A DNA stretch of 63,989 nucleotides, the filler included, from Dimargaris cristalligena (taxonomy: Eukaryota), in the NCBI GenBank assembly GCA_003614675.1. It is 3 parts of 3 records of this genome, joined end to end, with 100 filler letters (N's around TTAATTAATTAA, not from the genome) between each part and the next. Parts side by side here need not be neighbours in the genome. Positions count along the whole stretch, not along the records: positions 46,521 to 63,989 come from ML002800.1; 2 more parts are not named here. One strand, 5' to 3'. The stretch's first letter is position 1; each line of letters opens with the position of its first letter. Of the stretch, positions 52,101-61,100 are shown in pieces. Both the position numbers and the translations under genes were made by a program. The notes beneath the pieces are model-generated. The model was not told the origin of the DNA and ran no database searches. It was given only the letters and a program-made list of their open reading frames with translations.

Positions 52101-55100
52101 TCCACCACATTTTGGTGGACTTGATTGCCTGGCGTATTCTGATTGAGGATTTGAATACCCTATTTCGAGGTGCCTCGCTTCCGCCAAAAACACTACCCTT
52201 CCAAGCTTGGGCCACCCAACTGGGCGACTATGCTGCTACTCTTTCGGCCGATATCTGGCCCACCCAGGTGGACACCGACAAGCCCATTGCTGACATCGTG
52301 GACCTCCTTCCACCACCAGAATGGGATACTGTCGGTACCCAAGCAGCCCGTCTTTCCACCTCATCCGAGTTTGACTCGGACGCCACCCAATCATTGTTTG
52401 AACTGGCGCCGAAGCTGCGAGTCACTCCACGGGACCTACTATTGGCTACCTTCACCCACGCCTTCGCCACTACCATCGGGCTGGACCAGGTTACATACTG
52501 TATGGAAAGCCACGGTCGTGAACCATGGTCGTCGGACCAAGACATTACCCGTACCGTAGGCTGGTTTACCGCGCTTTATCCTCTTGTTCTGCGGGTTCAG
52601 CTTGAACAGTCTTTATTGGACCTGTTGCACCACACTAAGGAAGCCATCCAACAAATTCCAATGAAGGGACTGCCGTACGCTTTATTGAAATACACGCCTG
52701 GGGTTGCAGCGGAGGAGCGGGCTAAGCTGGGGGCCAAGACCCCGGCCCATCTAGATGTTCAGTTTAACTACTTTGGACGCTTCAACGGTAGCAATAGTGA
52801 CTTGATGGATGATCTTCTATCCATCGAATGGTCTGACTACTTTGGTTTGCACGACTTTGCCCCACACGATAGGGTTATCTATGACATTAACCCCATGCCG
52901 ACGGTGGCTGGCAACTGTCTACGCCTTATCATAGAGTACAATCCCCTAGTTTACCACCGCGGCGTCATTGACGAATTTATGGCCAAATGGCGCCATAATC
53001 TTATGCAGCTTGCTAATTCTATAAACCAGCCACATTCCATTGATGTGGAGCCTCTTCTCACGCGATTTGATTTTGACCACCTCCGACTCTCCGACACCGA
53101 ATTCCAAGAGGTTATTAGCGAAGTTCGCCGCCGTCAGATTCCTCTCGATCAGGTGGAAGACTTGTTACCTTGCATTGCTCTCCAAGGTGGTTTATTAACC
53201 GGGTTAACTTCCGATGCCACTGCCTATTTAGTGCAGGCTGCTTTCAAAATACATGGCCCACTGAATGCCGATCGACTGCTTAAAGCATGGCAGGCTGTTT
53301 CCCAGCAGCACACCGCTCTACGCACTATTTTTATTGAATCATCGTCAAAGCAGTCTCAAGGATACATTCAAGCCGTTCTTCGGTCGTGTTCCACCGCCTG
53401 GACTATTTCCGAGCAGCCCTTAAAGTCTCTTGAAGAATTCCTAGCCCATAACCGCCGGCGGGGTTTTACTTTGCAGGAGCACATGGTCCGTAACTTTGTG
53501 TTCCCCACTGCCAATAGTCAAGTCCATCAAGTCATTGTGACATTTCACCATTCTCTCTGCGATGGCTGGTCGCTGCCATTATTACTCCAGGCGTGGACAG
53601 AGGCCTACCACCACCCCAATCAGCCTATACCGAATCCATCGGCGTCCTTTACCTCGGTTGTCCACCATGTCGGCCAACTTCATTCAGACTTGACCAAGCC
53701 CTTTTGGGTCGAGTTTCTGCGGGATGCGCCAACTACCCCTGCGCCTCTAATCCTCCTTGGTAGCGCTGGTTCCCCGGGCTGGGCCGAGTATTTAACTAGT
53801 ATCGATATTCCCAGAGCTGATTTAATGCGGTGTTCTCAGGCGCATAATGTGACAGTTGCAACACTGCTACGAGCTGCCTATGCCCTCGTTTTGGGACGCC
53901 TTCTCAATCAGGACGATGTAGTGTTTGGTGTAACCCTCTCTGGACGGAATCTAGGACTTTTAGGAATAGACCAGACCATTGGCCCGTGTACGAACACTCT
54001 ACCTTTTCGTGTACGCTTAGGACACACCTCCATTTCGTCCTGGCTGCGTACACTTCACCAAGACCAGGTGGACATGATTCCATTCGAGCACTCCCGACTG
54101 ACTGATATAAGCCGTCGGACCTCTCTTGGTCGAAGTGGGTCACTCTTCCAAACGCTACTGGGGATGGAGAATTTCCCCAACTTTGTAACCGACCTTTCGC
54201 ACGATTTTACTCTATCTGACCTGCGGGTCCATGAATTTACAGAATATCCCTTAGCTGTCAACTTTATCGACGCTCCCTGTAAAATCAAGGTCAAGGTATT
54301 TTACAACACGTCCAATTTTTCAGAGTCGGCAATTAGTCTACTGATTGGAATGATTCAGTCTGTTCTAAGACAGATTTCGTCGGTGGACACTAATACAACT
54401 GTAGATCAGCTTGCTCTCGCAGTTCTACCGCCGAATCTCCAAAGTGTTTCTGAACTAGCAGCGAACAACACGGGAGACACACTTCAACCTTCGTCACTTG
54501 TGCAAATTTGGGATGCTACTATACGCGACCACTCCCGTCACCCGGCTTACGTATCTAAAGAGTATATTCTGTCATATGGCCAGGTTGACCAACTCGCAGA
54601 TGCCTTGGCATTTCGATCTAGCCAAATTCTCAAGCAGAATCGCCCATCCATTGTAGCCCTCGTGGATAGTGTTGAACATCTACTAGTCTGTCTAGTGAGC
54701 ACAGTCAAGTTAGGGGCCCACCTCACCCTTCTGGCAAGCCCATGTACGCTTGACCAGTTGACTGTGTGTATTGAATTAACCGCAAGCGGGGCTGTGTGGC
54801 TACCGGCTACCAAAGTCGAGGAAATCCGTCCATTCCTGAACGGGGTTGTGGAGCTGGTTACCATATCAAATGTGGCTGAGGAACACACGAATGGTGCCTA
54901 TGTGTCTCATCGATTCAAGCCTCCCACTGATGTACAGGACCCCAGTCTGTCTTTTATTTCCCAAAAGAACTCGGGTGACCCAGTGCTGTACACTGCTAGT
55001 GGTTCGTGTATCCAGAGCACCCTTGCTTCAACCCAGCATTTTGTATCGGACACTACTAGTATTATTTTTGACTATTCTGTGTTCCTTGATACTCCTCAGG

Positions 55101-58100
55101 CTGCTTGGCTTGCCCTATTGAGCCTGTCATCGCACGGAACAATCCACGCCCTTGATTTACCACTCGATAAGTATAATAGGCTGACCTCGTGCCGCGTCAC
55201 TGCTGCTGATTCCCTAAGTAATGATTTGGATGAGAGCAATAGGCTGGTTCTTTGTGACCTGGCCCAGACTCGCTGGTCTGATCGCATTAGTCTGGTCAAA
55301 CCCACTGACAGCTGCCTAATCTTTATTGAATCCATCTTCCATGGCCACCAACGGGTCACTGAAGAGCAGTTGGCGTCCCAATCTTTCCCCAATGTAGCCA
55401 AGCCCTCCATTAACTATTCCCTGGGGGTGCTGGATTGCCATGGCCACCCCTGTCCCCCGGGAATTATTGGCCGCCTGACTTTCTCCCCCCCACTGTCCTC
55501 CGACTTTCCAATACCTGAAAGGTATCCAATTCTTGGCTACCGAGATTGTACCAACCTAGTGCATGTGCTAGGCCCGGTCACCCAGAGAGTTACTGTTAAG
55601 GATCAACAAGTTCATCTTGGTGTACTGAGTCAAGCACTAGTTAACGCTGGTGCTCTTTCCCCAAGATGTCTAATACTGCCCGATGAGCGAATAGTGGCCT
55701 TAGTTGCCAATATCACCGAAGCGGAATTAACTCGGCTTGAGCAATCTGCGGCCCCACCCGGCACTTCTCCCACTCTAGCACCCCATGCCATTATTTCGAC
55801 CCACGCCTTCCCCCATGTGACCGGGCTTGCCGAGCATCTTTTGCCATACTTCGCCCAGGCTTATCTCGCCACCCTCCCCTTTCGCCAATCAGAATCAATG
55901 TTCGAAACAGAATGGTGGCTCACTGTAGTGGTGAATGAGCTGAGTGCCTCATCAACCCATTCAGGCGACTGTTCTACCGCACCCCTTCTTCGGACCTCAT
56001 TGGCAGCCACATTAGCCCAGTTGGAATTGCTCCAACATCGCATTCAAACGAAATTTGGAGTCAATATGCCTCTGGGAGACTTGGTCAAACACGCCGAACT
56101 CCGAACACTGGCACCTATTATATTTGAGCAAGTTCGCCAAGGCCCGGCAAAGCAGTCTGGCGATTTGTATGTGAAAGAGACCAACATTACCTCTTTACCA
56201 ACCTCGCTCTTACCTTGTCGGGTTCAGCCGGTTTCCGATCGGCAGCGCCAAATATATTCCCTTAGTCGATTAGGTGATTACACAAAACAATTTTACCACC
56301 AATGTGTCATCACGTTCCAAGCCCCACTCCGGCTGGAGGTTGTCCAGCAGGCCATCGAATTCCTATCATTCACATTTGAATCCCTCCGGACCCAGTTTAT
56401 TCCTGTTCAAGGGGTAGTCGCTTGCTACGTTTTTTCCCGGGTTCAAGTCAGAGTCACCGAAACTAAGCTGATGACATTCCAGGAGTTGTCCACCGACGAG
56501 CTATTTTCTGAAGAGGTTAGGTTAAACCTGGACCAAGGGATCCTCAGTCAGGTGGATTTGTATAATTTCTCGACTCCTAATGAGGAGGGCGTAACATCGG
56601 CTGTATGTCTTCGGGTCCATGATATTGTTGCCGATAGTCACCTTTTCAGCAGAATGGTTAACTACTTGATAATGGGACTATACGGAGGTTCCCTAGATAA
56701 TGCTGACCCATTTATGGCCAAGGTGAACTCCAGTCAAACTTTCTACAAGGAAACTGCCACTAATTACTGGAAAACACTTCTTTATGAACCTCCCACCGAG
56801 CTCATCTTGCCCCTTGGTCATACCCGACCTCTTCTTTCGAATTTCCGGTCAGCCACAGTCCACAGTGAGCTTGATCCCAAATTGGTGGAATCGTTGACTA
56901 ATCTTGAATCAACAGGTTCATTCAGCCAAGGTGACATTTGGTTGGCTCTCTTCGCCTCATTCTTAAGACGATTAACGAGTCAGGATGACATTATCGTCGA
57001 TTACAGCAGCTTGGAAGACCAATCTGGCAATCAAATGGTGAGAGCCAGGGGACAACCAACCGCCTATATACCAATTCGGTGTTCTGGAAACTGGCCAACA
57101 CACATTCCCCAACTGGCAGAGCACATCAGTCTTCAGCGTCGCCAGTCCATGAGCCAGCCAACCCCGTCAGTTGATTTCTATTCGTCGCTCGTGAACCACC
57201 TCGGTCTTATCCGAATTTCGGGGCTAGCTCGAGCTCGGGTTTCAATTTACCCGGAATCTCATGATAAATTTGGCCATAACAACTCCCGAGTAATTTTTCC
57301 AGGCAATTCCCAATCGCTGTTTACTTATGACCTGGAACTGGTTATCCGGGAAACAGTTTCCACGTATCTCTGTGGTCTTCGCTTCAACCCAGAGATACTG
57401 GAAAGTCCGACAGCTGAGCGCTTGATATGCAACTTCCTACACTATGTCCAAGCATGCTTATACCCTGAGCGACCATGGACCAATGCTTTAATAGTCTCCC
57501 CCAACGAATCTCGCATCTTACTTCAGGAGTTTGCGCTTGGGGGCCTAACGGCCGAACAAATGGCTGTAGAGCTACCTGCCAGTGTCCCACGACTATTCAA
57601 TCACGTGGTTGCTTTATACCCCAATCAAACTGCAACTGAAGTATGCGGCCAAGCCTTGACCTACCTTGACCTCATGGGTCGTATTCATTTAGTAGCCACC
57701 GGGCTGCGTAGAGCCCAGATTCAGCCGGAAGACAAGATTGGTCTCATCGTCACCAATCACCCCGATACGGTGGTTGGAATGCTGGCAATTTGGTTTGTAG
57801 GGGCTATATATGTTCCAATAGATTGTAAGCTGCCAGCCAAACGCCAGAAGTATGTAATTGAGACTACTAACTGCAGTCTTGTTCTAAACACCACCAACAT
57901 GCTTTCTCGGCTTCCTAATATTCTGGCCCTATCAGACCTACTCGAGGATAGTGCGAATTCCGGTAACTGGGCTGAAATATACAACAATCACCCTGATGAC
58001 TTGGCCTACATCGTCTTCACTTCGGGAACCACTGGTCAACCCAAAGGGGTGATGGTCACCCATGGCAGTCTTAATTATCTTATCAGCAATCCCGTTTTCA

Positions 58101-61100
58101 AAGACTTTCGAGAAGCCAAGCAACGCTTAATGATGGGATCATCTCCCGGATTCGACGCCTTTATCCTTATTTCACTTATCACACTGTGTAATGGGTCAAC
58201 GTTGGTGTTCTACGATGATAATTTGGCAGAAACATTACGCCAGGTAAATCAGGCCTGGTTAGTACCATCGGTAATCAACCGACTTAACCCTTCCGACTAC
58301 CCCAATCTAAAGAAATTATGTATCATGGCCGAGCCTCTTAGTCGCAAGTTGGTTGACAAATGGTCGGCTGTTCCCCATATCTATAATGGTTATGGGCCCA
58401 CGGAGACTACCATTGCAAGCCATTTTACCCGAATTTCATCAACCGGGCCAATCACCATTGGTCGTCCGATTCCCTATTACGAGTGCTATATTCTGGATAG
58501 TCAATTGCAGCTGGTGCCCATCGGAGCCGTTGGCGAAATCTGTATTGGCGGTGTTGGTGTCTGCCGTGGTTACATTAATCGACCGGATCTCAATCCTATC
58601 AAATTTATCGATAATCATTTCACTGGTCGAGGTAAACTCTACCGCACCGGTGACTTGGGTCGCTGGTTAACTAATGGTCATGTCGAATGTCTGGGGCGTA
58701 TGGACAGCCAGGTTAAACTCCGGGGGTTCCGTATCGAACTAGACGAAATCCGCAGCGTCTTGATGCGTCAGCCCAGAGTCCAGGACTGTATCGTCTTTGT
58801 CCATGACCAATTCTTAGTTACCTACGTTTTCCCCGAATCCGCCGCCAATAATGATGAGCTTCATATTGCCTTGGCTGACAGTTTGCCCAATTATATGATA
58901 CCCAGTTATTTCATGGGCCTACCAACAGTGCCCCTCACTGTCAACGGCAAGTGCGATACCAAATTTCTGCAAAGTCATTTTATCAAACATTTAGCTACTC
59001 AGCGTAAGCAGGCACCGCTATCTAATCTTGCATTAGACCCGTCAAGCCAGGCAGTGGAGGCCCTAACCCAAGCGCTGATCGATGTACTAGGTCTGACCTT
59101 CGACCAGATTAATCTGCAATTATCGTTCGTTAAACTCGGTGGTGACTCAATATCGGCTATTCAACTTTCGTCGAAGTGTCGTCAGCTAGGGTTTACTCTG
59201 CCCACATCAGCCATATTAAGATCAAGAACTCTGGGTAGTCTAGTTAGCGACATGGAAGCCGCCAACTCTACTGTCGATCAGACAAATCTCCTCCGAGCGA
59301 TTCAATACCACACTCCTTTCCCAATCACCTCCACTCAGCAATGGTTCTTTGACCATCCATGGGGTAACCTCAATCACTTCAACCAGTCGTTTGCCCTGGA
59401 ATTGACCGGGCCATTATCCGCCCTACAGATTGAATCCGCCCTTCTTCGTCTAATCAACTATCACGCCATATTGCGCTGCCAGTTCACCAAGGATGGGCCT
59501 AATTCACCCAATCAGTGGGCCCAATGTATATTGCCGCCATTTGCCGGTCTACCCATTCCTGTGGTGGAAGTTATCGCCTCTCTGTCCGACTGCCCTAGCC
59601 AATTTACATCATTACAGTCCTCACTTGACATTTCCAAGGGCCACCACCTGGCTGCGGGCCTCATTACCCTCTCGGAGCGTAATATCAACTCATCCACTGA
59701 TTTGGCCTCTCACTCGACGGCTCCATCCCAAACAGCTCCTCGACAGTTACTATTCTTAACGATCCATCATTTGGTAGTCGATTCGGTATCCTGGTCCATT
59801 CTATTGGAGGATTTGACACGGCTTCTGGACGGCCATTCACCAGTACCGCAGCATCTCTCGTTTGCTACCTGGGCAACGGAGTTGGCGGAATGGGCTAAAC
59901 AGGTTGACCCGGTGCCAGGACATCAATTGCCCCCGATGCCATCATCGTCGTCTTTACCCCTTATTAGTCCCGATAACTTGGTATTCAATACCTGGGGAAA
60001 TTTGCAGCGTTTGTCGATCACGTTGGATAAAAACCACTCGGATGTCTTGATGGCAGTCGATGCCTTTCTTATCCAGCCTCTGGAGCTGATGCTAGCCGGC
60101 CTATTCCGGGCCCTGTACTCTTTGACGCAGGCCTCGACCATCACCGTTGTCAATAAATCTCATGGCCGCCATTCGTGGGATAGTAGCCTTGACCCGAGTC
60201 GCACGATCGGCTGGTTTACCGCCCTAGTACCCTGCCTGGCCCGAGCCAGCCCTGATACAACAACAGTGGATTTCATTAAACTGGCCAAGCAGGCCCTCCG
60301 TTCATCGCATGGTACTGAAGGGCTACATCATGGTCTCCAGAAAATGGTGAACTGCCCTGGACTTACAACTTCCGCCGGCCGACCCTATGCACCCATTGAT
60401 GTTGTGTTAAATTACCTGGAGCATACGGTAGACCATGCCACACAGGCCCAGCAGGGCCGTGGCCCTTGGTCGGTTTGCCCCGAACTGATATCAAACCTAG
60501 CAGTCTGCGACTCCGATGAACTCTGCACGCAATTATTGGAAATCATTGGCTTACCAACACCGAATGGTTTAGTATTCACGGCCAATTATTGTCCACAGGT
60601 CATAGCGACGGGTGTTATTGAGTCTCTTTTGGCTAACTTCCATGACTCCCTTATAAGTATGATAGAGCTCTTTGACAAAACCCCCGGCCCTAGTTTGTGG
60701 ACCCCGGCCGATTTCCCTGACTTAAACGCCACTCTACCCGAACTAGCAAAGCTCGAATCCGAACTGTCCTCAGTGGGACTTTCCCCTCTCGACGTCGAAG
60801 ACCTTTATCCTATGTTGCCGATGCAACAGGGCATGTGGACGGCCACCGCCAAGGATCCTTCCGGATACATGATTCAATTGGCCTTCACCGTAACAGGTGT
60901 TTCAGATTTAGACCAACTTGAAACTGCGACCAGAGCTCTGGTTGCTGACCACGCCATTTTGCGCACAACGTTTTTGACTACGTGGAGTAGCCCGCACTGT
61001 GATGGTGTCCAGATTATCACCCGGGCACCACGTTTCGATTGGCATGTCCTCCAACAATGGTCTGATGTGGGCGCCGACAGTGAAGACGCCTTTCTAGTGG

